DNA of 64,000 nt, taken from assembly GCA_029259775.1 (NCBI GenBank), contig JAJDEN010000014.1, positions 35,613 through 99,612 on the forward strand, written 5' to 3'. This document shows, one piece after another, positions 11,167 through 20,604 of this stretch (position 1 is its first letter; every line of letters starts with the position of its first letter). The DNA comes from Planctomycetota bacterium. GTDB lineage: Bacteria; Planctomycetota; PLA2; JAEUHO01. The notes below the pieces were generated by a model. The model saw only the letters and a list, made by a program, of their open reading frames with translations, was not told where the DNA came from and ran no database searches. Both the position numbers and the translations under genes were made by a program.

Positions 11167-13626
11167 CTACTTCTTGGCGGGCTTCTTCGCGGGTTCCTTC
11201 CAGCCGAGGCGCTCCAAGGCCTTGCGCGCCTTCGCCTTCACGCCCCCGTGCGTGTCGCCGTCGCGCATCTCCCGCAAGCGCGGGATCGCGGACGACACGG
11301 CGTACTTGCCGCACGCCTCCGCCGCCCACGAGCGCATGCCGTGGTACGGGTCGCTGAGCAGGTCCACGAGCACCGGGTGCAGGCTCTTGTCGTCCGGCGT
11401 GAGATGCGTCACGCAGTCGATCGCTGCGTTGCGCAGCCGGTGGTTCGCGCCTCGGCCCCACGGGTACTCGAGGAACGGCACCACGTGGTCGACCGCACGC
11501 GCGTCGCCCAGGCTCTTGAAGCCGTCCACGGCCCCGTGGCGCACGACGTTCTGGTCCGAGTCCACCGCCAGCAGCTTCACAAGCGCCTCGAAGGCGCCCT
11601 GCGCCTTGACCTTGCCCACGGCCCGCGCCGCGTCCGAGCGCACCGACGGGTGCGGATCGCTCGCGGCGGCCTGCAGCACCACAGTGCCTGCGATCTTCCG
11701 GTTCTTCGCGCCCAGCGCCTTCATGACCGATTGGCGTACCCGCGAGTCCTGGTCCTTGGCGCCCGCCACCAGGGCCGTCGCCGCGCCCTCGTCGTCGATG
11801 CGTCCGAGCACCTCCGCGCACGTCGCGCGCACGTTGTGGGACATGTCGCTCTCCAAGGCCTGGCGTAGGGCGGTCACGGCCACCCCGCCGAACTCCTCGA
11901 GCGCCTCGGCCGCATCCATGCGCCCCGTCGCGTCCGGATCCGTGAGCAGCTGCTCGCCCCAGGCCGTCCAGGCCTGGTGCTGCGTGACCTTCATCAGGAT
12001 GTCGCCGCCCACACCGAAGCGCAGGTGCTTCGCGCCGTCCATCATGGGGAACGGGAACGCGTGCCGCCCCTTGTAGATCGTGAGGGTCCTGACAGGCCCG
12101 TCCTTGCCCCAGCGAACCGGCACGCGGATCCGGAACAGACCCTGGCCACCCGCGCGCTTCTGCGTCTGGCGCACGACCAGTTCCTTGCGCGCCTTGTCGA
12201 ATCGCACGTCGAGCTTCGGGTAGCCGAGTCCGTAGACCCACTGGTCCCAGAACCACTGCAGGTCCTCGCCCGCCACGTCCTCGCAGACCGTCATCAGGTT
12301 CTCGCTCGTGACGGGCTTGTCGCGGTACTTCTTCACGTAGGCGCGGATCGAGTCGCGGAAGACGTCGTCGCCCAGGTGCCGGCGCAGGTTGTTCAGGATC
12401 GCGGCACCGCGGCTGTACTGCTTGCCCCCGAAGAGCTCCAGCGGGATGTCCCCGCGCGGGTCGGGCGTGAGCTTCAGCTCGCTCGCCTTCGGCGTGCCCT
12501 TCATGTAGCCCTGGTTCTGCCTGCGGCGGCGCACGAGGAACTCCTCGACGCCGTAGCGGTGCTCGAAGAACAGGTCCGTGAAGTACGTCGCAAAGCCCTC
12601 GTTGAGCCAGATGTGCTTCCACGTGCGGCAGGTCAGGAGGTCGCCGAACCACATGTGGGCCAACTCATGCGCCACCAGGCCGTCCGCGCTGTAGTTCGGC
12701 CGGATCGCACCCGAGTGCAACGCGCGCATGTTGAGCGTCGTCGCCGTGACGTTCTCCATGCCGCCGTAGAGGAAGTCCCACACGTAGGTCTGCGCATAGC
12801 GGGCCCACGGGTAGGGCGCCTGCAGGTAGTCGCCGAAGAAGTCGAGCATGTTCGGCGTCTCGCGCAACGAGGCCTCGAGCTCGGCGCGGTGGCCCGGCAC
12901 GGCGCTGTAGTCGAGCTGGACGCCGCCGTGCTTCTTCGTGATCGTCTCGAGCTTGCCGACGATGAGCGAGATCAAGTACGTCGGGGAGCGCTGCGCGAAC
13001 TTCCAGTGGTCGATGCGTCGACCGTCGTCGAGCGGCGTGCTCTTCGCGAGCAGTCCGTTGGAGACCGTCTGGAGCTCGGCCGGGACGGTTACGTGCACAT
13101 CCCAGCTCAGCCGATCGTCCGGCTCGTCGTAGCAGGGGATCCAGCGGCGGTTCTCCGTGCCCTGGCCCTGGCTGTACATGAACAGCGGCGTGTCGGGGTG
13201 GCGCTCGGTCGGCTTGTGGAAGAGCAACCCACGCTTCGGAGTGCTCTCGTAGTGGATCGTCACGGCGCTCTCGGCGCCGACCGCCAGCGGCCCGGGCAGG
13301 TCGATGGCGAGCACGTCCTTCTTCAGCGTGTGCTTCAGTGCCTTGCCGGACGCGTCGCCGACGGCGGTGATCACGCTGTCCTTGCAGTGCAGCCGGAGGA
13401 CCTTCAGGCCGTCCGCCAGGGAGGCGAAGCGCAGCCGGGCCTTGCCCTTCACGGTGCCGGCCGCGATGTCCGGGATCACGTAGATGTCCAGGTGAATCTG
13501 GTCGAAGTCGCGGGTCGTGGCGTCCAGGGGGCCGTCGGCTTCCGGGGCCGCGCCGGCGACCGGAGGCAGCGCGAGCAGCGCGCCCAGCACGAGGCCGAGG
13601 AGAAGGAACGTGGGCTTGCGGTCCAT
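11167..13626 (-). CDS. secreted M1 family aminopeptidase with C-terminal HEAT repeats
   Basis: Signal peptide; GGMEN; HELAHMWFGD...WLNEGFATY; HEAT repeats (DQDSRVR, DPHPSVR). Confidence 0.93.
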   Translation of the reverse strand: MDRKPTFLLLGLVLGALLALPPVAGAAPEADGPLDATTRDFDQIHLDIYVIPDIAAGTVKGKARLRFASLADGLKVLRLHCKDSVITAVGDASGKALKHTLKKDVLAIDLPGPLAVGAESAVTIHYESTPKRGLLFHKPTERHPDTPLFMYSQGQGTENRRWIPCYDEPDDRLSWDVHVTVPAELQTVSNGLLAKSTPLDDGRRIDHWKFAQRSPTYLISLIVGKLETITKKHGGVQLDYSAVPGHRAELEASLRETPNMLDFFGDYLQAPYPWARYAQTYVWDFLYGGMENVTATTLNMRALHSGAIRPNYSADGLVAHELAHMWFGDLLTCRTWKHIWLNEGFATYFTDLFFEHRYGVEEFLVRRRRQNQGYMKGTPKASELKLTPDPRGDIPLELFGGKQYSRGAAILNNLRRHLGDDVFRDSIRAYVKKYRDKPVTSENLMTVCEDVAGEDLQWFWDQWVYGLGYPKLDVRFDKARKELVVRQTQKRAGGQGLFRIRVPVRWGKDGPVRTLTIYKGRHAFPFPMMDGAKHLRFGVGGDILMKVTQHQAWTAWGEQLLTDPDATGRMDAAEALEEFGGVAVTALRQALESDMSHNVRATCAEVLGRIDDEGAATALVAGAKDQDSRVRQSVMKALGAKNRKIAGTVVLQAAASDPHPSVRSDAARAVGKVKAQGAFEALVKLLAVDSDQNVVRHGAVDGFKSLGDARAVDHVVPFLEYPWGRGANHRLRNAAIDCVTHLTPDDKSLHPVLVDLLSDPYHGMRSWAAEACGKYAVSSAIPRLREMRDGDTHGGVKAKARKALERLGWKEPAKKPAKK

Positions 13627-13749
13627 GGGGCGTCTCCGTGACCGGGGGATGGTACGTGAGGGCGCAGCACGCCGCCGGAGGACCGAATCCGCCTCCTCCG
13701 ATATTGGCGCTCCCGGGCCGTGAGCGGACACTGGGGGTTGGGAGGCTCC

Positions 13750-15426
13750 ATGCCGCGTCGCACTGCCCCGTACCTGCTGCTCCTCGCCCTGGCCCTCATC
13801 CTCGCCGCCGCGCCCCGGCCGGCTGCCGCCGACGAGCGCGTACCGGCGATTTCCGACCGGGACCTGCCGGTGGTCGGGACCTGCGCGCCGATCGACGGGT
13901 CCGACGTGTCCATCGTCACCGTCGGTAAGGCGAGCGACGCGCGTTGGTTCCAGGTGAGCGGCGTCGCCGCCCCGGTGGACTTCAACGGCCTGATCAAGGT
14001 CCTGGGGCAGCGCGCCGGCGCGACGCGGCCGAGCAAGCACAGCGTGTGGATCACCGCATCCGCCCGCCACTCGTGGGTCCACGCCAAGCGCGTTCGCAAC
14101 GCCGCGGCCGTCGCGGGCATCTACCGCACCGGCCTGCGCGTGCGCAGCGAGGCGACGGGCCAGGTGATGGGCTTTCCGCTCTTCTTGCCGCCGGGGCCCA
14201 CCGGCGTGCCGGGCCCCAAGGCCGGTCTGCTGAAGCTGCGCATCAACACCGTCTCCGCCAAGGAGCGCAAGGCGTCCTCGGATGCCGGCCACGCCTACGC
14301 CGCGGCGCGGCGCGCGATCGAGAAGCGCGCCGAGTTCGGCGTACAGAAGGTCATCGCCAGTGTCTGGATCGCCACCAACGCGCGCCTGCAGTACGCGCTC
14401 ACGACCCTCGACCTGCTCTACCGCGGCGGCTGCTCCGGCGTGCGCGTCAGCAGTGGCATGCAGGTGCCGCGCCTGGACGTCGAGCCAGTCACGATCCTCG
14501 AGATCCAGGGAGGCGTGGCCTCGCGGATCCCGCAGAAGCTGAAGCCCGGGACCCTCATGCCGCGCCGCGCGCCGTGGGGCCTGCTCGGCCCGGCCGAGGC
14601 CGGCTGGGTCGACTTCGTGCCGACGAAGCTGCCCGCGTTGGACGGCAGCAGACCCGTGAAGGGCGCGCGGCCCGAGCTGCGGCCCAACTACGCGGCGCAG
14701 CCGAACGGCGTGCCGTCCAGCATCTGGAAGGGCGTCGACCAGGAACTGCGTACCTGGATGACCAGCCTCGGCGCCGATCTGACCAAGGGGCTGCGCGGCG
14801 GCGACCTGAAGGAGCGCTTCACCATCGGCCTGCGCCGCAAGGAGACGCTGCCCACGTACGTGGCGCCCGCGCGGCGCGCGTTCCCCGATGCCACCAGCGT
14901 GATTCCCGCGACCTTGCAGGTGAACAGCCTTCTGTTCCGCGGCGGCAGCCTCGTCGGCCGGGCGGATGTGACGCTGCTTCTCGCCGGGGACCGCCTGCGC
15001 GTGATCTTCGCGACGTGGATCCCCCTCGAGCCGACCAGCAGCGGCACGCTCGTGCCCTTCGCCGTGGATCCGTTCGCGGCCGGTGACGCCGCCGCGCTCC
15101 GGGTCTGGATCGAGGCCCTCTACGCCGGGACCAAGAGGTACGGCATGAAGGTGATTCCCCTGGCCACCGGTGCCAACGTGCTGCCCTACTTCCCGGCCGT
15201 GGCCCACCGCAGCCTCGGCGCCTCGATCCGTGGGGGCGGACCCAACCTCGAGGCGTTCGCTGCCGGCCTGAAGCAGACCGCATTCGATCGCGTGGTGATC
15301 TCGGTTAAGCGCGGCACGGCGAGTGTCCTGAGCGGCAGGCGCGTCCTCGGTGTGCTCAACTTCAGCCTGCGCGCGGAAGAGGGGCAGATGCGGCTGGACG
15401 ACCTGAAGCCGCGCCGGGCGAAGTAG
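13750..15426 (+). CDS. hypothetical secreted protein with degenerate ExbD-like segments
   Basis: GGAGG RBS; signal peptide; two segments resembling the ExbD periplasmic fold. Confidence 0.7.
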   Translation: MPRRTAPYLLLLALALILAAAPRPAAADERVPAISDRDLPVVGTCAPIDGSDVSIVTVGKASDARWFQVSGVAAPVDFNGLIKVLGQRAGATRPSKHSVWITASARHSWVHAKRVRNAAAVAGIYRTGLRVRSEATGQVMGFPLFLPPGPTGVPGPKAGLLKLRINTVSAKERKASSDAGHAYAAARRAIEKRAEFGVQKVIASVWIATNARLQYALTTLDLLYRGGCSGVRVSSGMQVPRLDVEPVTILEIQGGVASRIPQKLKPGTLMPRRAPWGLLGPAEAGWVDFVPTKLPALDGSRPVKGARPELRPNYAAQPNGVPSSIWKGVDQELRTWMTSLGADLTKGLRGGDLKERFTIGLRRKETLPTYVAPARRAFPDATSVIPATLQVNSLLFRGGSLVGRADVTLLLAGDRLRVIFATWIPLEPTSSGTLVPFAVDPFAAGDAAALRVWIEALYAGTKRYGMKVIPLATGANVLPYFPAVAHRSLGASIRGGGPNLEAFAAGLKQTAFDRVVISVKRGTASVLSGRRVLGVLNFSLRAEEGQMRLDDLKPRRAK

Positions 15427-15533
15427 CTCGGCGCGCGGTCCCCGCGGTCGGGAACTGCGCGGAGGGTGGTTCGACGGAATCGAGCGCTCTCCGCTAGAAT
15501 CCAGCGTCCTTCGGAGCCCCGGGAGAGTCGCCG

Positions 15534-15899
15534 ATGTCTCGCTACACCGTCTTGTTCCTCATGTGTGCCGCGCTGGGCCTTGCAGGCTGCAGCCTGTTCG
15601 ACGCCGGCGACACCCAGACCGCAGGCGGCGCGCCGTCCGGCTCGCCCACGAGCATCGCTGGCGCCCCGCGCGCCGCGGGCGGCGCCTGGACCACCCCGGC
15701 GCCGTCGGGCTACGCCGTACAGCCCGCCGCACCGCGGGCACCTTCTGCCCAGGGACCTGCGGCCTCGGCCCCGCGGTTGCCCAGCGCACCGCCGGCCGGC
15801 GAGCAGGCCCCGGTCTGGACGCCCCCCGCACCCGCCCCGGAGCCCGCACCCGCGCCCGGCGCGGGCAAGGGGTGAGGCGGCGGCAAGGGGTGAGGCTAG
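15534..15899 (+). CDS. Pro/Ala-rich lipoprotein, putative selenoprotein (UGA at 15873 and 15891; tail GKGUGGGKGUG*); ends at 15875 without recoding
   Basis: TAGAAT at 15495 and GGGAGAG RBS; lipobox LAGC; two in-frame TGA then TAG at 15897-15899; downstream SECIS-like hairpin. Confidence 0.75.
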
Positions 15900-15908
15900 A
15901 CCTCACGT

Positions 15909-15926
15909 TCGAGCCGGTCGGCTCGA
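15909..15926 (+). promoter_or_regulatory. putative bacterial SECIS element
   Basis: TCGAGCC-GGTC-GGCTCGA stem-loop; GGUC loop (as in the E. coli fdhF SECIS) starts 22 nt after UGA 15891-15893. Confidence 0.65.
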
Positions 15927-16172
15927 TCCTCCTTCTCGTACGACGTTTGTGGTGGGTCCGGGCCCCAGCGGCCGCGGCGCAGGCCCCCGTCTAAGCCGCG
16001 GCTAAGGTCCCGACGCACTTCGCGTATGTGGGGCAATGGACCTAGGGGATTGCGCCGTCTACCCCAATGGATAGACTCAGTCGATCAACAACGCAGCGGA
16101 CATCTTCACTGCCGATGCTCGCGCAACCATGGCGCCGGAACTCGTCCGGTGGCCCTAGCCCCAGAGGACACC

Positions 16173-16343
16173 ATGAAGAAGTTCTTCGCCATCCTGGCCC
16201 TCGTGGCCGCTTTCGGCATTGTCGGCGCGTGCGCCGGCCAGGCCAGCTCCACCGGTGACAGCGGCGCGACCGCTCCCGCCCCCGATAGCAGCGCCCAGCC
16301 GGCGACCAGCTGCGGCGGCGGCTCCGGCAAGGGGTGAGGCTAG
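16173..16343 (+). CDS. small lipoprotein, putative selenoprotein (56 aa, tail SCGGGSGKGUG*); ends at 16337 without recoding
   Basis: GAGGA RBS; MKKFFAILALVAAFGIVGAC lipobox; TGA at 16335 followed by GGC TAG, identical to the upstream paralog's end. Confidence 0.78.
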
Positions 16344-16349
16344 TACGCA

Positions 16350-16368
16350 GCGAGCCCGTCGGGCTCGC
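16350..16368 (+). promoter_or_regulatory. putative bacterial SECIS element
   Basis: GCGAGCCC-GTC-GGGCTCGC stem-loop; loop G is 21 nt after the UGA; same stem sequence as 15909-15926. Confidence 0.65.
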
Positions 16369-16534
16369 AGACCCAGATTCGCAGCTTCCCGGGACCCGTC
16401 CCGGGAGGCTGGTTGACCCTCTCGCTCACGGTTCCTACCGTGAGCGCGGAGGGTCTTCCCAGTTTTGGGGCGCACACGCTCGGACGGGCGCGCAGGGACG
16501 CCGCCGCTGACGGCAGGACCCGGGAGGAGGATCG

Positions 16535-17515
16535 ATGTCCCAGCCCCCGCCCCGACGGCGGCGCGGCAGCGTCCCCCGTCAGCGCTCCACGAGCGACGAG
16601 GAGATGCGCCAAGGCGCGAGCCGCGCCATCGGCGCGGCGCGGCGCTCCCTCAAGGCGATGCGCTTCCTGTTCCTCGTCGACGCCGTCCTGGTCGGCCTCC
16701 TGCTCGTGCTGCTGCTCTCGGTCCCGGACGTCACGCTGCTGTGGAAGTTCGCGTTCGGAGGGCTCTTCGCCGCCGCGGTCCTCGGTGCCGTCTTCGTCGT
16801 CCGACAGCCGGTTCTCTGCGCGCTTCCGCTTGCGATCTTCCACACCGCTGCCGCGATCCCCGTGCTCTGGCTCGGCGTGCAGGGGATCACGGACATGATG
16901 TGCGTCACCCTGGCGTTCCTGCTGTGGGGCGCCGTCGCCATGGCGTTCAACACGCAGAAGCTGCTGAAGGCCTACCCCGACGTGTGGGCCGCGCGTCACA
17001 TGCGGGGCGAGGGCCGTTCCAGCGACGAGATGGGCAGCAAGTGGCGCGACCAGGCGCGCGCGGACCGGCGTGAGGCTTGGAAGAAGATCGCGCTCTACGG
17101 CGTGCTGCCGTTCGTACTCGCCGTCGGCGCACTCGTCGTATTCAGCGGCGACGGGGCGGAAAACGGGGAGCGGCACACGGCCCAGCGCCCGCCGCCCAAG
17201 CCGGCGGAGCCGGTGGACGCCAAGCTGACGGCGTTCCAGACCGCGTGGAACGAGCAGTCCCTGATGGACATCCGCGCCTTCTTCGCCAAGGACGTCGAGG
17301 TGCGCAAGGCCAGGCTGCTCGGCAAGCTGTTCCGCCGACGCGGCTGGGTGAAGCAGCGCGCGCCGATCGTCCCGAAGCGCAAGGAGACCGCTGCGCTGCA
17401 CCAGATCGCGGTCTTCTGGACGATCGAAGGCGAGTCCAAGGTGATGCAGACGGATTGGCAATGGGAGAGCGGCGCCTGGTGGCTGCTCGACCTCAAGCTT
17501 CGGATTCCTGAGTAG
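16535..17515 (+). CDS. hypothetical membrane protein (about 5 TM plus C-terminal soluble domain)
   Basis: GGAGGAGG RBS; hydrophobic segments; host-like codon usage. Confidence 0.8.
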   Translation: MSQPPPRRRRGSVPRQRSTSDEEMRQGASRAIGAARRSLKAMRFLFLVDAVLVGLLLVLLLSVPDVTLLWKFAFGGLFAAAVLGAVFVVRQPVLCALPLAIFHTAAAIPVLWLGVQGITDMMCVTLAFLLWGAVAMAFNTQKLLKAYPDVWAARHMRGEGRSSDEMGSKWRDQARADRREAWKKIALYGVLPFVLAVGALVVFSGDGAENGERHTAQRPPPKPAEPVDAKLTAFQTAWNEQSLMDIRAFFAKDVEVRKARLLGKLFRRRGWVKQRAPIVPKRKETAALHQIAVFWTIEGESKVMQTDWQWESGAWWLLDLKLRIPE

Positions 17516-18914
17516 GCCCGCCCTTCGCGCGCTGCTCGCGCCACGCGAGCCACATCGGCAGCGCCAGCATGACCACCGCGTCGAGTACACGTGCTTTTGA
17601 GAGGTGCGTGAACGCGATCATCTGGAACGCGGCGATCCACAGTGCCAGACGGCGAATGCGGTGGCCGGGTGGCAGCAGGAAGACGGCCGGCAGGAACATC
17701 ACCACGTACCAGGGGTGCCACAGCGAGCTGGCGATGCACATCAGCACGACGAGCACGGTGAGGGCGTCCTCGATCAAGGCCTCTGACGTGTAGGTCGCGC
17801 GACGCGCCGAGCGCAGCCACCGCAGGCCGAAGAACGTGAGGAACGCGAGCCCGAAGGCGATCCGCACGACGTGGCGGAAGGTGCCGGCGTCCCCGACGAG
17901 CTGCTCATAGGGGTAGACCAGCGCCGCTTGCAATGAGTTGCGGGGCGTCGTGATGTCCGCCGCGATGTCGGCCCAGCGCGCGTCGGCGAAGCCGTCGGCG
18001 TAGGCGAGGACGCAAAGCACGACGGGCACAAGGCCGACCACCGTGGATACCGCCGCCTTGCGCCAGCCGTGGCGCCTCACGAGCCACAGCAGCACGAAGG
18101 GCAGCAGCGCCAGCGCGATGTGCTTGATCAGCGCCCCGACGAGGATGGCGGGCACCACGCCCAGCCAGCGGCCGTCCAGCGCCAGGCGAAGCGCAATCAG
18201 GATGCATAGCGCCATGAGGATGTCGTTGTGGCCGTTGGCGATGACGTGGAGCAGGACGAGCGGGCTCCAGAGCAGCGTGAATGCCGCGAGGCCCGCGCGC
18301 GGTAGCTCATGCCGCCGCAGGGTCGAGATCACAAGCCAAGCCGTTCCGGCGAGGACGAAGACGTTCATGAGCCGGAAGATGAGCAGCGTGGTTGCGAGAT
18401 CGCCGCCGCCCAGCGAAGCGACGCCGCGGGTGATGAGCGCGAAGAGGAAGCCGTAGACGCACGGCGTGTCGCTCCAGTAGCTGAAGAACAGCGGGTCGTT
18501 CTCCCAACCCGGCACGTCGACGGCGGTGTTCACATACGGGTTGAGCCCGTAGTGGGCCTGAAGGTGGCCCGTGTTCGTGTAGGCGAACAGGTCGGTGGAA
18601 TGGAAGGGAATCGGCCCGACCGTGAGCGCCGCAAAGACGACGAACGCGCCGAGGAGCAGCTTCCACGGAACCGCCCGGTCGCGCTCGAGCTGGACGATCT
18701 GTTGCGCCCCCCGAAGCCACAGCAGCAGCAGCAGCAACGTGCCGCCCCAGCCGAAGGCGTAGCGCAGGATCCGCACCTCGCGCTCGGGGTAGGCCACGGC
18801 GTAGGCCAGGTAGAGCAGGCCGAGCAGCACGCCCGTGCGCAGCAGGCCGGCGCGGTCGGCCGTGAGGCCTAGCGCGCTGCTCCCGCGGTCCAGCAGCGCG
18901 CCGAGTCGTGTCAT
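17493..18914 (-). CDS. GT-C membrane glycosyltransferase (MptB/GT87-like mannosyltransferase)
   Basis: STDLFAY..G....GLNPY, TPCVYGFLF, WSPL..H...GHNDILM, HPWY. Confidence 0.85.
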   Translation of the reverse strand: MTRLGALLDRGSSALGLTADRAGLLRTGVLLGLLYLAYAVAYPEREVRILRYAFGWGGTLLLLLLWLRGAQQIVQLERDRAVPWKLLLGAFVVFAALTVGPIPFHSTDLFAYTNTGHLQAHYGLNPYVNTAVDVPGWENDPLFFSYWSDTPCVYGFLFALITRGVASLGGGDLATTLLIFRLMNVFVLAGTAWLVISTLRRHELPRAGLAAFTLLWSPLVLLHVIANGHNDILMALCILIALRLALDGRWLGVVPAILVGALIKHIALALLPFVLLWLVRRHGWRKAAVSTVVGLVPVVLCVLAYADGFADARWADIAADITTPRNSLQAALVYPYEQLVGDAGTFRHVVRIAFGLAFLTFFGLRWLRSARRATYTSEALIEDALTVLVVLMCIASSLWHPWYVVMFLPAVFLLPPGHRIRRLALWIAAFQMIAFTHLSKARVLDAVVMLALPMWLAWREQRAKGGPTQESEA

Positions 18915-18984
18915 CGGTCTCCCTGATGGAGCTCCTCGCGGGCCGGGCTCCGTTCGCTCCGCATTGTAGATCGTCGGGGGTTGC

Positions 18985-20514
18985 TCATCGGGCCAGCGCG
19001 AAGTCGAAATCCACGCTCTTCAGGTAGCCACGCTCCCGCTCGAGATCGACCACCGTCAGCGGGTGGGTCTTCAGCCAGCGGGCGCGCGCCTCCAGTCGCA
19101 CCTCGCGCTCGTCGCTCGACAGGCGGAACGGCGGCAGCGGCTCGGGGTGGCGTCCGCGATGCAGCAGGACAGCGAGCCGCAGCAGGAGGATCAGGCGCGT
19201 CGCGCGCAGCCAGGCGCGCTCGCTCAAGTGGTCCAGGACGGCGAGGTCGATCTTGCGTCGATGGCAGGCGACCACGACGGCGAGCAGCTCCTGGTCGGCG
19301 CGGGAGAAGCCCGGCATGTCGGCGTGCGCCAGGAGGTAGCCGCTGTGACGGTGGTAACCGTTCCACGACACGGCGAGTCCGATCTCGTGCAGGCGTGCGC
19401 CCCAGGCCAGGAAGCGACCATCTTCCGCCGCGTCCATCGCCCAGGCGGCGGGCGCGTGGGAGAGGAGCGACAGCACCATGCGCTCCACGCGCGCGGCCTG
19501 CGCCACGTCCACGCGGTGGCGCTCCTGGAAGCTGCGGATGGTCCGCTCGCGGACGTCTTCCTTGCGGATGCGACCGAGGAGGTCGTACATCACGCCCTCC
19601 CGCAGCGCGCCCGAGGACGCGGTCAGGCTCTCGATCTCCAGGCGGTCGAAGAGGGCCAGCAGAACGGCAAGTCCACCGGGGAAGACCGCCCGGCGCTCGC
19701 TCTTGAGTCCCTTGAGCTTCAGGCGGGAGGTGTGCTCCGCGGCCAGCACCGCCTTGCGCAACATCTTCAGGCCGTCCGGCGTCAGCGGTCCCGGGTTCCA
19801 GCCGTTGAGGCGGGCGATGTTCACCGCCGTCCGGATCGTGCCCGACGCGCCGATGGCGCGCGTCCAGCCCGTCTCCTTGAACCGTCGCTCGATGCGCTGG
19901 ATCTCGGAGCCGGCCCGCAGCGTGGCCGCGTCGAGGGCCGCTCGCGTGATCTCGCCTTCGGGGAAGAACCGCTTCGACAGGCGCACGCAGCCCGCGTCGA
20001 GGCTGTGCACTTCGAGCGCGTCGAAGTGTTCCCCGAGGATGCACTCCGTGCTGCCGCCGCCGATGTCGATCACCAGGCGCGCGCCGGGCTCGTCGGCCAG
20101 GCTGTGCGACACGCCGAGGTAGATCAAGCGCGCCTCTTCGCTGCCTGAGATGACCTCGATCCGGTGCCCGAGCGCGTCCTCGGCCTCCGCGAGAAACGCG
20201 CTCGCATCGCTGGCCTTGCGCAAGGTGCTCGTGCCCACCGCCCGGACCCGGTCGACGGGCAGGTAGCGCAGGCGCTGGTTGAAGCGGCGCAGGCAGCTGA
20301 GCGCCCGCGCGCGCACCCTCTTCGTGATCTGGTTGCGCTTGCCCAGGCCGCGCGCGAGCTGCACCTGGTCGCGCACGCGGTCGAGCATCGAGAGCTCGTC
20401 CCCGTGGACCCGCGCCACGGCGAGGTGGAAGCTGTTCGAGCCCAGGTCGACCGCGGCCACCTGCTCGGCGGCACCCGCCCCCGGTCCCCGGCCGTCGCGG
20501 TGGCTCGTGCTCAT
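18985..20514 (-). CDS. ppx: exopolyphosphatase Ppx/GppA
   Basis: AAVDLGSNSFHL, ISGSEEARLIYLGV, DIGGGSTE, LREG, C-terminal LHEIG domain. Confidence 0.95.
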   Translation of the reverse strand: MSTSHRDGRGPGAGAAEQVAAVDLGSNSFHLAVARVHGDELSMLDRVRDQVQLARGLGKRNQITKRVRARALSCLRRFNQRLRYLPVDRVRAVGTSTLRKASDASAFLAEAEDALGHRIEVISGSEEARLIYLGVSHSLADEPGARLVIDIGGGSTECILGEHFDALEVHSLDAGCVRLSKRFFPEGEITRAALDAATLRAGSEIQRIERRFKETGWTRAIGASGTIRTAVNIARLNGWNPGPLTPDGLKMLRKAVLAAEHTSRLKLKGLKSERRAVFPGGLAVLLALFDRLEIESLTASSGALREGVMYDLLGRIRKEDVRERTIRSFQERHRVDVAQAARVERMVLSLLSHAPAAWAMDAAEDGRFLAWGARLHEIGLAVSWNGYHRHSGYLLAHADMPGFSRADQELLAVVVACHRRKIDLAVLDHLSERAWLRATRLILLLRLAVLLHRGRHPEPLPPFRLSSDEREVRLEARARWLKTHPLTVVDLERERGYLKSVDFDFALAR

Positions 20515-20604
20515 GGCCGGATTGTGGCCCGGCCTACCCCCGCACGATCGTGAGGGATGGGCGAAGTCGTCCCCTTGCGGCGCTGCGGGCGGTACGCTCG
20601 CGCG

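Noticed and set aside
11167-15207. 1346-aa minus-strand ORF
   Set aside because: Only the part from ATG 13626 is the M1 peptidase; the rest is antisense shadow of the 13750-15426 gene.
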